This document shows positions 1 to 10,571 of a stretch of 64,000 nt of DNA, piece after piece. Origin of the DNA: Promethearchaeota archaeon (lineage in GTDB: Archaea > Asgardarchaeota > Lokiarchaeia > Sigyniarchaeales > SOKP01); assembly GCA_016839705.1 (NCBI GenBank), contig JAEOTR010000016.1, positions 1-64,000 on the forward strand, given 5' to 3'. The translations under genes were made by a program, and so were the position numbers. The notes beneath the pieces were generated by a model. That model saw only the letters and a program-made list of their open reading frames with translations. It made no database searches and was not told where the DNA came from. Each line of letters begins with the position of its first letter. Positions within the stretch are counted from its first letter, which is position 1.

Positions 1-2
1 CA

Positions 3-287
3 TTTTATATCTTCATATTCTTAAATATAATTTTATCAATTTTTATAACTTGGGGATATAATAATACCAAAGGAAGTCTAGTTATTGTGGTATTGTTCCA
101 TTATTGTTGGAATTTCATGGGAACATATATACCAGGAACGTTAGGATTATTACCAATGATGATTTTTTATATTGGAGTGAGTATTATCTTAAGTACATAT
201 TTAATTATAGTATTTGTTTATTATGGCACTAAAAGACTTTCTCGAAAATCTGAGGAAGAATTGCCTTTTGAGATAATAAAAAAGTAA
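3..287 (+). CDS. CPBP/Abi (CAAX-protease-like) intramembrane metalloprotease, 5' end outside window
   Basis: Frame is open from the window edge: ...FITWGYNNTKGSLVIVVLFHYCWN, matching the CPBP C-terminal W.YN.T.GS...H...N motif; hydrophobic. Confidence 0.75.
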   Translation, partial: FYIFIFLNIILSIFITWGYNNTKGSLVIVVLFHYCWNFMGTYIPGTLGLLPMMIFYIGVSIILSTYLIIVFVYYGTKRLSRKSEEELPFEIIKK

Positions 288-496
288 ATATAATTCAAAA
301 ATTCCAAAAATTTTTTTTTTATCTTTAACGCAATTAGAGAGGTAAGTAAACCATAATTTTAATAGAATAAGATTCTACTATAAAAAGAAAAGTGAAGAAT
401 TCTAAAAGAACAAAAAATCTTTAATTTAAAATCAAAATTTTTAAAAATCAAAATACATGTTTTAAAGAACAACAGAATTGGAATCTGTGAAAAATT

Positions 497-895
497 ATGA
501 AGCAAAAAGAAATTTGGAAATGTAATGTGTGTGGAAAAGTAATCGAGATCCTTCATCCCGCAGCTCCTGAGACCATATGTTGCGGTCAACCAATGGTTTT
601 AATGGAAGAAAAGACTGCTGATTGGAAAGGTGAGAAGCATGTTCCAAAGATAACAATTGAAGGCAATAAAGTAACTGTTGATGTAGGAATCTCAATGGGT
701 ACTCCTCATCCTATGGCTGATGAACCCGAACATTACATCATGTGGATCGAGCTAATTTGTAAGGATAATTGTTACAAAAGGCAGATGTTATCCCCCGGAA
801 TGGAACCGAAAGCAGTATTTACAGTTTCTGACACGAGCGGGTTAAAAGCTCGTGAGTACTGCAATTTGCACGGAACTTGGGTTGGGACTGATTAA
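497..895 (+). CDS. dfx: Desulfoferrodoxin (2Fe superoxide reductase)
   Basis: N-terminal CNVC...CCG centre I; EKHVP, HPM, HYI and CNLHG centre II ligands. Confidence 0.95.
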   Translation: MKQKEIWKCNVCGKVIEILHPAAPETICCGQPMVLMEEKTADWKGEKHVPKITIEGNKVTVDVGISMGTPHPMADEPEHYIMWIELICKDNCYKRQMLSPGMEPKAVFTVSDTSGLKAREYCNLHGTWVGTD

Positions 896-1012
896 ATTTA
901 ATTTTAAAATTTTTTTTTATTTTTGAATATTTTAAAATCAAGAAATTTTAAGTTTTTATAACATTTTCTTTATTATTGATCTTACAAAGCCTTATGAATA
1001 TCAGAAATAAAA

Positions 1013-2374
1013 ATGATAATCTTCTTACAATTATTTGTAATCTTTTGTTTTGTTATTGTCATCATCGCACTATTTCGTGAAAAAACAGATTTTTTAACAT
1101 ATAGCGTCGCAGCTATGCTTGCTGCAGCTACTGCAACTTTCCTTTTTTCCCCAGAACCTTTTACAATAGAAGAGTTTATTCTAGCAATAGATTGGCCTGT
1201 AATTTTTTTCTTAATTTCTTTATTTACAATCGTAGTTATTTTAGAAGAGCAACTTATTTTTCAAGAAATTGCATTAAAGATAACCAAGAAATTCAGTACA
1301 AATACACGTGGTTTTTTCTGGGTAATATGTCTAATTTCAACTTTGAGTGCTGCGTTTATTGAAGATGTTTCTGTGGCGATTATTTTTATTCCGATGATTA
1401 TTAGTACCAGTGAAAAGATGAGGATTAATCCTACTCCTATTCTTCTTGGAATGACAATTTGTATTAACCTTGCCTCGACTCTTACTCCTTTTGGGTCTGC
1501 GCAGAGTATTTTAATAGCAAATAAATTTGATTTGTCTACATCTTGGTTTTTCACAAATCTATCAGTTTATTTTATTATAGCAACCTTAGTGACGTTATCC
1601 CTTTTAGATTATTTTGTCCTCAGGAAGCATTTAAATGAAATTTGGATTCCTCACTGTAAGGAATATGATGAGCCTTTAGTACGTAATCATTTAGAAGAAC
1701 ATGAGTTAATAATCTTAGAAGAATCTATTAACCCTAAGATTTTTTATCGTAATTTAGGAGCCTTATTAGCCTTCTTTGCTTTACTAATTATTATCCCAGA
1801 TATTTTATTTGGAGGATTATTGGGAATGATATTATTTGTATTTATGAATCCACGCAGAAGTGAAGCGGGGGGAAAAAAACCAGATATATCTTATTATTTT
1901 AAAAAAGTAGATTTTAAATTACCATTCTTTTTTATTACTCTTTTTGTAATGATATTTTGTTTTGAAAAAGTTGGACTTATAGAAATAATAGGGAATTTTG
2001 TAGTTAATATTACACCTAATAATCTCTTTTTATTGTGTATTTTTATTTTAATCTTAACCTCAGTTCTCTCAGCATTTCTTGATAATGTCCCTGTTACTGT
2101 TCTTTTTATTCCGATCATCCATCTTCTCGTTAGTCCTCCCTTAGGGTTTTCATCAACTCCTTTATTTATTGCATTTATTTTAGGAATAAATCTTGGAGGT
2201 AATTTCCTTCCGCAAGGAAGCGCTGCTGACATGATGACATTGGAACTCTCTACAAAATACTGTGTTGAGGGGATGAATTACAAAAAACTGTTGAAAGTCG
2301 GGGGATTATTTGCTCTTTTACATGTCATTTTAGGAATAGTATATCTTGGAGTTATAATATTCTTATTCTTTTAA
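1013..2374 (+). CDS. ArsB/NhaD/SLC13-family ion permease
   Basis: Multi-TM; LSAFLDNVP and GGNFLPQGSAA repeat motifs. Confidence 0.85.
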   Translation: MIIFLQLFVIFCFVIVIIALFREKTDFLTYSVAAMLAAATATFLFSPEPFTIEEFILAIDWPVIFFLISLFTIVVILEEQLIFQEIALKITKKFSTNTRGFFWVICLISTLSAAFIEDVSVAIIFIPMIISTSEKMRINPTPILLGMTICINLASTLTPFGSAQSILIANKFDLSTSWFFTNLSVYFIIATLVTLSLLDYFVLRKHLNEIWIPHCKEYDEPLVRNHLEEHELIILEESINPKIFYRNLGALLAFFALLIIIPDILFGGLLGMILFVFMNPRRSEAGGKKPDISYYFKKVDFKLPFFFITLFVMIFCFEKVGLIEIIGNFVVNITPNNLFLLCIFILILTSVLSAFLDNVPVTVLFIPIIHLLVSPPLGFSSTPLFIAFILGINLGGNFLPQGSAADMMTLELSTKYCVEGMNYKKLLKVGGLFALLHVILGIVYLGVIIFLFF

Positions 2375-2419
2375 GAAATGGATGAAAACTATAAAAAAAA
2401 CAAGGCATAATATTATATT

Positions 2420-2968
2420 ATGACGAAAAATAGGGCAATCATATTAGATAGAGATGGTGTACTAATAGAAGATAAAGATTACGCTTATAGAATCGAAGAT
2501 CTAGAACTTCTCCCAGGCGTAATTGAAGGTTTAAAAATTCTGAAAGAAAAATTCATATTCTTTATAGTAACGAATCAATCAGGAATAGGGAGAGGATATT
2601 ATACAGAAGAGGATTTTCATAAGTTCAATGACCACCTCATCAAATTACTAAAAAACGAATCTATTGATATTATTAAAACCTATTTCTGTCCTCATTTGAC
2701 TGAAGACTATTGTGAGTGTAAAAAACCAAAAACGAAATTTATTAAGGAAATTATCAAAGAATTTGATGTTAACCTCAAAGAGTCGTGGATGTTTGGTGAT
2801 CATCCCTCGGATATACAATTTGGGATAAATGGTGGCTGCAGAACCGTATTCCTCACAAGTGGTCATGGTGAAAAACATATTGATGAATTGAAGACACTTA
2901 AAATTAAACCCACAATAATTTCCAGCGATTTTCTCTCTGCAGTTAAGGAAGTATTAAATTTCATATAG
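2420..2968 (+). CDS. HAD-IIIA phosphatase (GmhB/histidinol-phosphatase-like)
   Basis: DRDG, VTNQSGIGRG, CPH...C.CKKP and GD..SD motifs. Confidence 0.9.
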   Translation: MTKNRAIILDRDGVLIEDKDYAYRIEDLELLPGVIEGLKILKEKFIFFIVTNQSGIGRGYYTEEDFHKFNDHLIKLLKNESIDIIKTYFCPHLTEDYCECKKPKTKFIKEIIKEFDVNLKESWMFGDHPSDIQFGINGGCRTVFLTSGHGEKHIDELKTLKIKPTIISSDFLSAVKEVLNFI

Positions 2969-3057
2969 GTTGCTTGTTATCGTAAGCGATCATTATAAAA
3001 ACATACAATACTTTTAATCATTTAATATAATGGGTATGAGAATATTTTGAGATTCTT

Positions 3058-3552
3058 ATGTATTACAGAAAGTTAAATAATGCTTCTATGTGGAAAAAGA
3101 TTCAGAAATTACGAGATCTAATCAAACTGGAACATAATTTCAAGGAAAGAAAATGTTGGAATGCTAGCTGTAAAAAAGATTTAAACATTTATGATTTTCT
3201 AAGTGATAACGTTGATTTTACACCAGAATATGTTTTAAAATTATGGCAAGCCCCAATCTTAGAATTCCATTGTTGTGAGTGTTTCAAAAATCTCAAAATT
3301 GATGAATTACAAAAAATAGAACAAGAGATACCAACCCGGATTTGCTTGAACTGTAATTCCCTTATAGATATTTATAAATTTGGGAAATTTCACAATTATT
3401 TAAAAATCCATGAATTACGAAAGCTTTGGTTAGATAGTCATTTTAAGGTCTTCTGCGATAATCTATGTCAAAGAAAATATTATAAGACTTACTATGACTT
3501 TCTGAAAAAAAGAAAGATAAAAAAACAAGAAAAACTAAAAATAAATTTGTAA
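3058..3552 (+). CDS. Hypothetical protein with two internally repeated Cys-rich (zinc-finger-like) modules
   Basis: Two repeats of C..C...IY.F...KLW...C..C. Confidence 0.65.
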   Translation: MYYRKLNNASMWKKIQKLRDLIKLEHNFKERKCWNASCKKDLNIYDFLSDNVDFTPEYVLKLWQAPILEFHCCECFKNLKIDELQKIEQEIPTRICLNCNSLIDIYKFGKFHNYLKIHELRKLWLDSHFKVFCDNLCQRKYYKTYYDFLKKRKIKKQEKLKINL

Positions 3553-3557
3553 AAAAT

Positions 3558-4967
3558 TTATATTTTGGAAAATTGGTCTTTTGTTGCACCGCAAACGGGA
3601 CAATGCCAATCATCTGGAATCTCTGCAAATGCGGTCCCTGGAGCAATTCCCCCATCAGGATCTCCCTTAACGGGATCGTAAACAAACCCACAAACTTGAC
3701 ATTTATATTTCCCACCAAGTTCTTGACTTGTCTGTAATACTTTTGGAGCAGATTCACCTTCTTTCTCTTCAATGCTTATTTCTTCTCTCGGTAATTCAAA
3801 TAAATTAGGCATTGCGTGTTCATATTGTTTTAACAAAAATTTCGAAATAACAATTCTCTGAACCTCTGAAGTTCCTTCGTAAATCTGTAAAAGTTTTGCA
3901 TCCCTGAACAATTTTTCTACGGGGAATGTTCGGACATACCCATAACCGCCAAAAATTTGAATTGCTTCAGTGGTAACTTGCATCGCAACATCAGAAGAAA
4001 ATGCCTTTGCAATAGAAGATGCTAAATTACTATCACGACCTTGATCTCCTTCCCATGCTGCTTTATAAGTTAACAATTTAGCTGCTTCAATATCTTTATA
4101 CATATTTGCTATTTTAAACTGAATTGCTTGATAATTCGAAATAGGTCTCCCAAAGGTTTTTCTTTTAAGAGCATAATCGATTGAATATTCCATAGCAGAT
4201 CTGGCACACCCTATCGCGAATGCAGCAACAGCAGGCCTAGTTTTTTGAAAAGTTTGCATGGCAACAACAAAACCTCTGCCTGGTTTTGCTAACACATTTT
4301 CTTTAGGAATCCTAACATCTTTTAAGACTACAGAACAAGTGTTTGACGCTCGTTGTCCTAGTTTAGGAATATGTTGCCCCGTGGAGACCCCTTCAAGATC
4401 GGTAGGAACAATAAAACCCGCAATACCACGATGTTTTTTCTCGGGATCAACAGTTGCAAATATTGAAATATAATCGGAATATCCAGCATTAGTAATCCAG
4501 TATTTCGTTCCATTTAATACAAAACCATCTCCATCTGGTTCTGCTCTACACTGCATTCCTGCTACATCAGAACCCATTCCTGGTTCGGAAGTAGCAAACG
4601 CTATTAATTTGAAATTCTCTGTAATATCTCTAAGAACCCTTTCTTTTTGTTCTTTATTTCCACCAATAATAACTGGTGCCGAACCTAAATCATTATCGAA
4701 TATAGAAGTAGCTATGCCGGGACAAGCTGCCGCAATTTCTTCAACAACAATTACGGATTCAATCAAGCCATAACCCTGTCCACCATATTCTTTTGGAATG
4801 CCTAAATTGGTTAAGCCTGCCTTCCAAGCTTTTTTAATAACCTCCATAGGCATCATTTCTGCCTCATCATAACTAGCAGCTACTGGTAATACCTCCCTTA
4901 CCGCAAATTCCCTAGCCCTTTTTCGTAAAGCTTCTTGTTCTACTGTTAAATCAAAATTCATAATCAT
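3558..4967 (-). CDS. Acyl-CoA dehydrogenase with C-terminal rubredoxin domain
   Basis: [33 protein letters not shown]; tail [10 protein letters not shown]...WHCPVCG. Confidence 0.95.
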   Translation of the reverse strand: MIMNFDLTVEQEALRKRAREFAVREVLPVAASYDEAEMMPMEVIKKAWKAGLTNLGIPKEYGGQGYGLIESVIVVEEIAAACPGIATSIFDNDLGSAPVIIGGNKEQKERVLRDITENFKLIAFATSEPGMGSDVAGMQCRAEPDGDGFVLNGTKYWITNAGYSDYISIFATVDPEKKHRGIAGFIVPTDLEGVSTGQHIPKLGQRASNTCSVVLKDVRIPKENVLAKPGRGFVVAMQTFQKTRPAVAAFAIGCARSAMEYSIDYALKRKTFGRPISNYQAIQFKIANMYKDIEAAKLLTYKAAWEGDQGRDSNLASSIAKAFSSDVAMQVTTEAIQIFGGYGYVRTFPVEKLFRDAKLLQIYEGTSEVQRIVISKFLLKQYEHAMPNLFELPREEISIEEKEGESAPKVLQTSQELGGKYKCQVCGFVYDPVKGDPDGGIAPGTAFAEIPDDWHCPVCGATKDQFSKI

Positions 4968-4981
4968 TACCTCTTATTTTA

Positions 4982-6178
4982 TCACATTTTTTCAAGTAAC
5001 TTATCTATAATTTCTTTAAAATCTAAATCGTCTGGTTTTGGCACAAATTTGATCTTTATTAACTCATCAAGCACATCAATTTTTGTCTCCTTCATAATAT
5101 TTGCAATTTCCTGTACTGCTTGACCCGACCAACCATAAGAACCAAAAGCTAAACCGACTTTATGCATCGGCTTTAGTCCTTTTTGATATGACAAATATTC
5201 TGCTACAGTTGGATATAACCCATTGTTTAAAGTTGGACTTCCAATTAAGATAGCCTTTGCTTTCATTGCTTCTGTAATTACATCCGAATAGTCAGCGGTA
5301 GTTAAATTAAACCTTTTTACAGTAATACCTCGATGACTAATCTCCTTTGCTAAAGCTTTCGCAATCTTTTCAGTACTTCCCCACATTGAATCATAAACAA
5401 TTAATACGCTTTTTTCCTCAATTTCTCCTTTACACCATTTAGTATATTTCTCGAGTATTTCTGGAATATGACTACGCCAACATACTCCATGTGCAGTACA
5501 TACTATCTCTATCGGCAACGCCCCTACTGTAGGTAATACTTTAGCAATTAAGCCAGATAAATGAAGTAAAATGTTCGCGTAATATTTTTCAGCTTCTTGC
5601 ATTATTTCACATAAATCGTTTTCATCATCCCATCGTTTTGATGTTGCAAAATGTTGACCAAATGCATCGCTTGAGAACAGCACATTCTTACCATTTTCAT
5701 CAGTCATAAATGAAACCATTGAATCTGGCCAATGGATCATAGGAATTGGAACGAAGGTAAATATTTTACCGTTTCCTATGTCTAATGTGTCTCCCTCTTT
5801 AACTCCCCTAATTTTATTAAAAACTTCATCTCCAATCTCCCCATGGAAATGTGCTTTTAACACTTCAACACCTTTCTCTGATGCGATTAGCTCCGCATTA
5901 GGTAGATGATTTAGAATGAGTGGAAATGACCCAGAATGATCCATCTCTACATGATTCGTGATGAAATAATCAATTTCTGCAGGATCACATACTTCTTTTA
6001 TAGAGTCTAAAAAATAATTAAAATACGGTCGCTTTACGGCATCTATGAGTACTGTTTTTTCCCCACTCTTCACTATGTAGGCATTATAACTACTTCCTCT
6101 GTGGGTTGAATAACCATGAAAGTTTCTAACTTCCCAATCTACATAACCCACATAATAGACATCTTTCATTAATTCCAA
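4982..6178 (-). CDS. fprA: Flavodiiron protein (FprA, O2/NO reductase)
   Basis: HVEMDH, HWPDSM and SSDAFGQH diiron ligands; flavodoxin domain YDSMWGST, GSYGW. Confidence 0.95.
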   Translation of the reverse strand: MELMKDVYYVGYVDWEVRNFHGYSTHRGSSYNAYIVKSGEKTVLIDAVKRPYFNYFLDSIKEVCDPAEIDYFITNHVEMDHSGSFPLILNHLPNAELIASEKGVEVLKAHFHGEIGDEVFNKIRGVKEGDTLDIGNGKIFTFVPIPMIHWPDSMVSFMTDENGKNVLFSSDAFGQHFATSKRWDDENDLCEIMQEAEKYYANILLHLSGLIAKVLPTVGALPIEIVCTAHGVCWRSHIPEILEKYTKWCKGEIEEKSVLIVYDSMWGSTEKIAKALAKEISHRGITVKRFNLTTADYSDVITEAMKAKAILIGSPTLNNGLYPTVAEYLSYQKGLKPMHKVGLAFGSYGWSGQAVQEIANIMKETKIDVLDELIKIKFVPKPDDLDFKEIIDKLLEKM

Positions 6179-6319
6179 ATGCGTAATTTCAATTTCACCT
6201 TTTTTAAGGATTTGTATGTTATTTTTTTATAGTAATACAAATCACGTTATAAACTTATATTCTATTGATTATAAAATCTTACAGAAATACAATAAGAAAA
6301 AAATAAAAAGAAAAGTTAG

Positions 6320-6457
6320 TTACTCAATTTTTTCAAACATATCTTTGCCAACGCCGCAAACTGGACACGTCCAATCATCAGGTAGGTCTTCAAACTTAGT
6401 TCCTTCAGCTTCTTCATCGTAAATATATCCGCAAGCTTGACATTCCCACTTTCCCAT
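6320..6457 (-). CDS. Rubredoxin (45 aa; not in ORF track)
   Basis: Manual translation [45 protein letters not shown]. Confidence 0.95.
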   Translation of the reverse strand: MGKWECQACGYIYDEEAEGTKFEDLPDDWTCPVCGVGKDMFEKIE

Positions 6458-6608
6458 ATATATCACATTTCTTTATTTTTGAGTCAAAGTATATGATTTG
6501 ATGGATTTGTTAATTGAATGTATATTAAAAATATTAATTTAATATTTTATAAATTGTACTAAAAAGATGTCTATTTGATTTGAAAAAAAAAGATTAAAAG
6601 GGGTTGTA

Positions 6609-8000
6609 TTATAAATTAAGTTCGATAATTCTCTCTTGGTGTAGTTTTACTTTTTCTGGTGTTAAATCATAAAATTTCCAAAAGATTATCGTGGCAAGAA
6701 GCATAAAAATGGCGGGAAGTAAAGCGAAATGAACATGTACACCCCATATTGCTGAAGCGGGTTGAACTCCAACCGCTCCTCCTTCAACAAATCTTGTAAT
6801 TGTATGTACTGATGCGAAACTAATCGCTTGCACCAATATAGCGAATCGTCCAAAGAATTGTAAGAATCCATTGAAAATACCTTCTTGACGTTTCTGGTTA
6901 TTGACGACAGACTCATTTATAACATCTGCGAATGTCGGTGCTAGCATTGTCCAAAAACCTCCAAGGCCAAAACCCCAAAGAATGACTACAATCATAGCTA
7001 TAACGACGGTATTAACGAATATAAACGGAATTGTAAATAGGGTCAACAAAAGGCTATTTATCAACATCACTTTTTTGTTATTATCAGTTTTTTGAGCGAT
7101 GTAAGCCCATAATGGTGAAGAGATTAGAGCTCCAACAAGAAATCCTGCTGATAGTATTGTTTGAACGTCTTCTGCTAAAACAAATTCCGTATAAAATGGG
7201 ATAGAAGCTTGGAAAGATATTACCAATGATCTGTAAAGCGTATAAGTAATTATGAAATATAAGAAAGATTTTTGCTTTAAAGACATTTTGAGGGTTTTAA
7301 AAAATGGAGTTCTATCTTCTTTATTGTGTTGTTTAAGATAAGTGTCAATCGTAACTTGATCTTCCCGACAACCAGGGATAGAAAGCATTAAGACAACTAT
7401 TCCTATTATTATTACTAATCCTGCGTTTATTACAAATAAATTAGCATTTAGTTTATCTCTTATTATCATCGGGGGTAATAATGCACCTAGGGCGACTCCA
7501 ACTATTCCAATAGGGGTTTGTATTCCTGTTGCTTTCCTACGTTCCTCTACAGAGCGAAATTTATCAGGAAAAAGGGATGCAAAATTAACAAAAAATATTG
7601 AATTAAAAGTATCAAAAATAGCTGTAGAAGCGATGAACCAAAGGAAAAAAATCCAAGCTCCTGATTGAGGATCTACATCTGGAGGTGTAAATATTAGAAT
7701 ATAGCTCAATATATATGCGACGCCACCAATCATTATCCAAGGAAATCTTCTTCCCCATTTTTTTGTGAATTTAAAGGGTTTATTTGTTAAATATCCTACA
7801 AGCGGGTCATTCACAGCATTCCAAATAGCATATATTACTACTGCTAATCCGATGATCAATGAATCAACACCGATAGTCTCTACATAAAAAAAGTACAACC
7901 AAACGGTAAATGCCATCTCTATAAATTCAGTTAAGAATTTACCGAAACCATATGAAGCCATATTTAATTTTGAATGTTCAATTAAAATTTTTTCTCCCAT
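6609..8000 (-). CDS. MFS transporter, glycoside-pentoside-hexuronide (MelB-like) family
   Basis: NAVNDPLVG, WGRRFPW; about 12 TM. Confidence 0.9.
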   Translation of the reverse strand: MGEKILIEHSKLNMASYGFGKFLTEFIEMAFTVWLYFFYVETIGVDSLIIGLAVVIYAIWNAVNDPLVGYLTNKPFKFTKKWGRRFPWIMIGGVAYILSYILIFTPPDVDPQSGAWIFFLWFIASTAIFDTFNSIFFVNFASLFPDKFRSVEERRKATGIQTPIGIVGVALGALLPPMIIRDKLNANLFVINAGLVIIIGIVVLMLSIPGCREDQVTIDTYLKQHNKEDRTPFFKTLKMSLKQKSFLYFIITYTLYRSLVISFQASIPFYTEFVLAEDVQTILSAGFLVGALISSPLWAYIAQKTDNNKKVMLINSLLLTLFTIPFIFVNTVVIAMIVVILWGFGLGGFWTMLAPTFADVINESVVNNQKRQEGIFNGFLQFFGRFAILVQAISFASVHTITRFVEGGAVGVQPASAIWGVHVHFALLPAIFMLLATIIFWKFYDLTPEKVKLHQERIIELNL

Positions 8001-8109
8001 ATCTTATCACAATCATGTAAAATTGATTTAATTGAATTAATTCTAGTAGGATTTAGATGTCTGTGTTTTTATAGCTAATGTTTTTTTTGAAGAAAAGTTA
8101 AACTTAATT

Positions 8110-8256
8110 CTATTTAGGAATTTCTTTTGCAATAAAAAAAGTTTTTGAAGAACGACATTTGGGGCATCTCCAATCATCCCCAATTTCTTTGAACTGTATC
8201 TTCTGTTCTTCGTCATCGTATAAATAATTACATCTTTTACATCTATATATTTTCAT
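8110..8256 (-). CDS. Rubredoxin-like protein (48 aa; not in ORF track)
   Basis: Manual translation MKIYRCKRCNYLYDDEEQKIQFKEIGDDWRCPKCRSSKTFFIAKEIPK. Confidence 0.85.
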   Translation of the reverse strand: MKIYRCKRCNYLYDDEEQKIQFKEIGDDWRCPKCRSSKTFFIAKEIPK

Positions 8257-8278
8257 AATATAATCTTAACACTTTCTC

Positions 8279-9625
8279 TCATTCTTTTTTTTTAAACCCT
8301 TCTTTAGGGTTTTTACAATTAGGGCAATTAAAATCATCGGGAAGATCTTTAAAGAGAACTTCCATTACTGCATCATCATATTCCATCCCACACTTTTGAC
8401 AAACATAAATATAGAGTTCTAACAAATCCCTAAGCTCGTTTTTGTCTACATCCTGTTCCATTTTGCTGTAGACATAAGATGTTGCTTTAGAATCTCCATA
8501 TAAGATTGCTCCTTTAAGCTTATTCTCTTTTAACACTAATTTTTGATAACAGCAATCTTTTTTATCTGCTTTTCTCAGAATTTCCCACCCTCCTGATTCC
8601 TCCTTGGAAGGATCAATAATTCCTATAGAGGTTACGTCCAATCCTACTATTTTCAGGGTATTTTTAGGGGTTGTGCCTTGATATTCCACTTTTTTTGCTC
8701 CTAGTACAGAAGCAGCGACAATTTTCGATTGTTCCATGCAGGCAGGAATGATACCCCATATTTGTTCTTTGTATTCTATGCAATCACCTACAGCAAAAAT
8801 ATCTTTTTCGCTTGTTTCTAAAAACTGATTTACAATTATGCCCCTATTTGTATCTAATTCTGCATTCTTTGCCAATTCAATTGTAGGTCGAATGCCTGCC
8901 TGAATTAATACAATATCCGCATCGATTTTTTGTCCTCCTTTTAATCTAATCCCGGAAACAAAATCATTTCCTAATATCTCTTCTGTAGCAGCATCTAACG
9001 CGACTTTTATTCCTCTATTTTCAATTTCTTCTTTTAGCATTGTACCACATTCTCCATCTAGCTGTCTTGGTAATAGGCGAGGGAAAAATTCTACGACGGT
9101 TGTATCTAAATTACTGTTATTGATCTGATTTGCAAGTTCTAAACCAAGTAAACCGCCACCTATGACGATTGCTTTCTTAGCATTCTTGCTTCTAATATAA
9201 TCTTTTATAGCTAAAGCATCATCTATGCTTCGTAAAGTAAATACCCCTTTTTTTTCATTTTTCATTTCAATAGCATTTTTAATGGGGGGCACGTTAGGAG
9301 TACTTCCTAATGCTAAAACAAGTTTATCATACGAAATGGATTTACTTTTACCTTCAACTTCAATCGTTTTAGTTTTCGGATCGATTTTTTTAACATGTGT
9401 ATTAAGATTTAATTGTATGCGCTTATTTCTATACCAATCTTCTTTAAACACAATTAAATCATCAATAGACACTTTCTCAGAGATTAATTCGGGTAAATTT
9501 ACTCTTGTATAATAAGGATACTTTTCTTGAGTGAAAACCTCGATTTCTGTCTCCTCACTCAGAAATCTTATATTTTGGGCAGCAAATGTGCCTGAAACAT
9601 TATTTCCTATTATGACAACTTTCAT
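8279..9625 (-). CDS. NAD(P)H:rubredoxin oxidoreductase-like flavoprotein with C-terminal rubredoxin
   Basis: GGGLLGLE, IFAVGDC; tail CQKCGMEYD...FNCPNC. Confidence 0.9.
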   Translation of the reverse strand: MKVVIIGNNVSGTFAAQNIRFLSEETEIEVFTQEKYPYYTRVNLPELISEKVSIDDLIVFKEDWYRNKRIQLNLNTHVKKIDPKTKTIEVEGKSKSISYDKLVLALGSTPNVPPIKNAIEMKNEKKGVFTLRSIDDALAIKDYIRSKNAKKAIVIGGGLLGLELANQINNSNLDTTVVEFFPRLLPRQLDGECGTMLKEEIENRGIKVALDAATEEILGNDFVSGIRLKGGQKIDADIVLIQAGIRPTIELAKNAELDTNRGIIVNQFLETSEKDIFAVGDCIEYKEQIWGIIPACMEQSKIVAASVLGAKKVEYQGTTPKNTLKIVGLDVTSIGIIDPSKEESGGWEILRKADKKDCCYQKLVLKENKLKGAILYGDSKATSYVYSKMEQDVDKNELRDLLELYIYVCQKCGMEYDDAVMEVLFKDLPDDFNCPNCKNPKEGFKKKE

Positions 9626-9748
9626 AGAGTTAATAGTTTAATCATCTTATTTTAAGGTTTTTATTATGGTTTCTAAATTGAGGGGGGAACTATCTTTTAG
9701 AACATGTTCGAAATTAAAAATATATAATCATCCCCATTTGATCTAAAT

Positions 9749-10537
9749 ATGACTGAAACAAAACAGCAAAGGTTAGTATCAAGAAAGATAATACAAATCG
9801 ATGAGGATCTCTGTAGCGGATGTGGTAATTGTATTGTGGATTGCGCAGAAGGCGCCCTTAAGATAATTGATGGCAAAGCTAGAGTCATAAACGATGTTTT
9901 TTGCGACGGTTTAGGTGCTTGCATTCAGGGATGTCCTGAAGGAGCTTTAGAAATAATAGAGCGAGAGGCTGTAGAGTTCGATGAAGAAGCTGTAGAAAAA
10001 CATTTAGAATCTATGAAACATGCAGAACACACTGAAACGGAGCAAGTAAAAAGGATTGTAGCTGAACATACTACACAATGTGGATGCCCATCAGCTCAAA
10101 CAATGGTTTTTGATGAACCTGAAACTCAAACCGAAGTTGGTACTGGAAAAGTTCCTTCGGCTCTGCGACAATGGCCGGTTCAAATGCATTTGATAAATCC
10201 CCGAGCGCCATATTATCAGGGAGCGGACGTTTTATTATCAGCGGATTGTGTAGGATTTTCTTACGGTGATTTTCACAGAGATTTCTTAAAACAGAAATCA
10301 TTAGCGATTGCCTGTCCTAAACTTGACCAAGGGAAAGAAATTTATGTGGAAAAAATTAAATCGTTAATTGATGATGCCAAAATTAACACACTCACTGTAG
10401 CCATTATGGAAGTTCCTTGTTGCTCAGGCTTATTAGCTTTAGCTCAAGAAGGAGCTAAACAAGCAAGTCGAAAAGTTCCTATAAAATATATGGTTATAGG
10501 CATACAAGGGAATATCATAAAAGAAGAATGGATATAA
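9749..10537 (+). CDS. 4Fe-4S dicluster protein with conserved Cys-rich C-terminal domain
   Basis: CSGCGNCIVDC, CDGLGACIQGCP; WPVQ, ACPKLD, MEVPCC. Confidence 0.85.
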   Translation: MTETKQQRLVSRKIIQIDEDLCSGCGNCIVDCAEGALKIIDGKARVINDVFCDGLGACIQGCPEGALEIIEREAVEFDEEAVEKHLESMKHAEHTETEQVKRIVAEHTTQCGCPSAQTMVFDEPETQTEVGTGKVPSALRQWPVQMHLINPRAPYYQGADVLLSADCVGFSYGDFHRDFLKQKSLAIACPKLDQGKEIYVEKIKSLIDDAKINTLTVAIMEVPCCSGLLALAQEGAKQASRKVPIKYMVIGIQGNIIKEEWI

Positions 10538-10571
10538 TTTTTTTTTAAATATTTTTATTATTTTTATTTAA

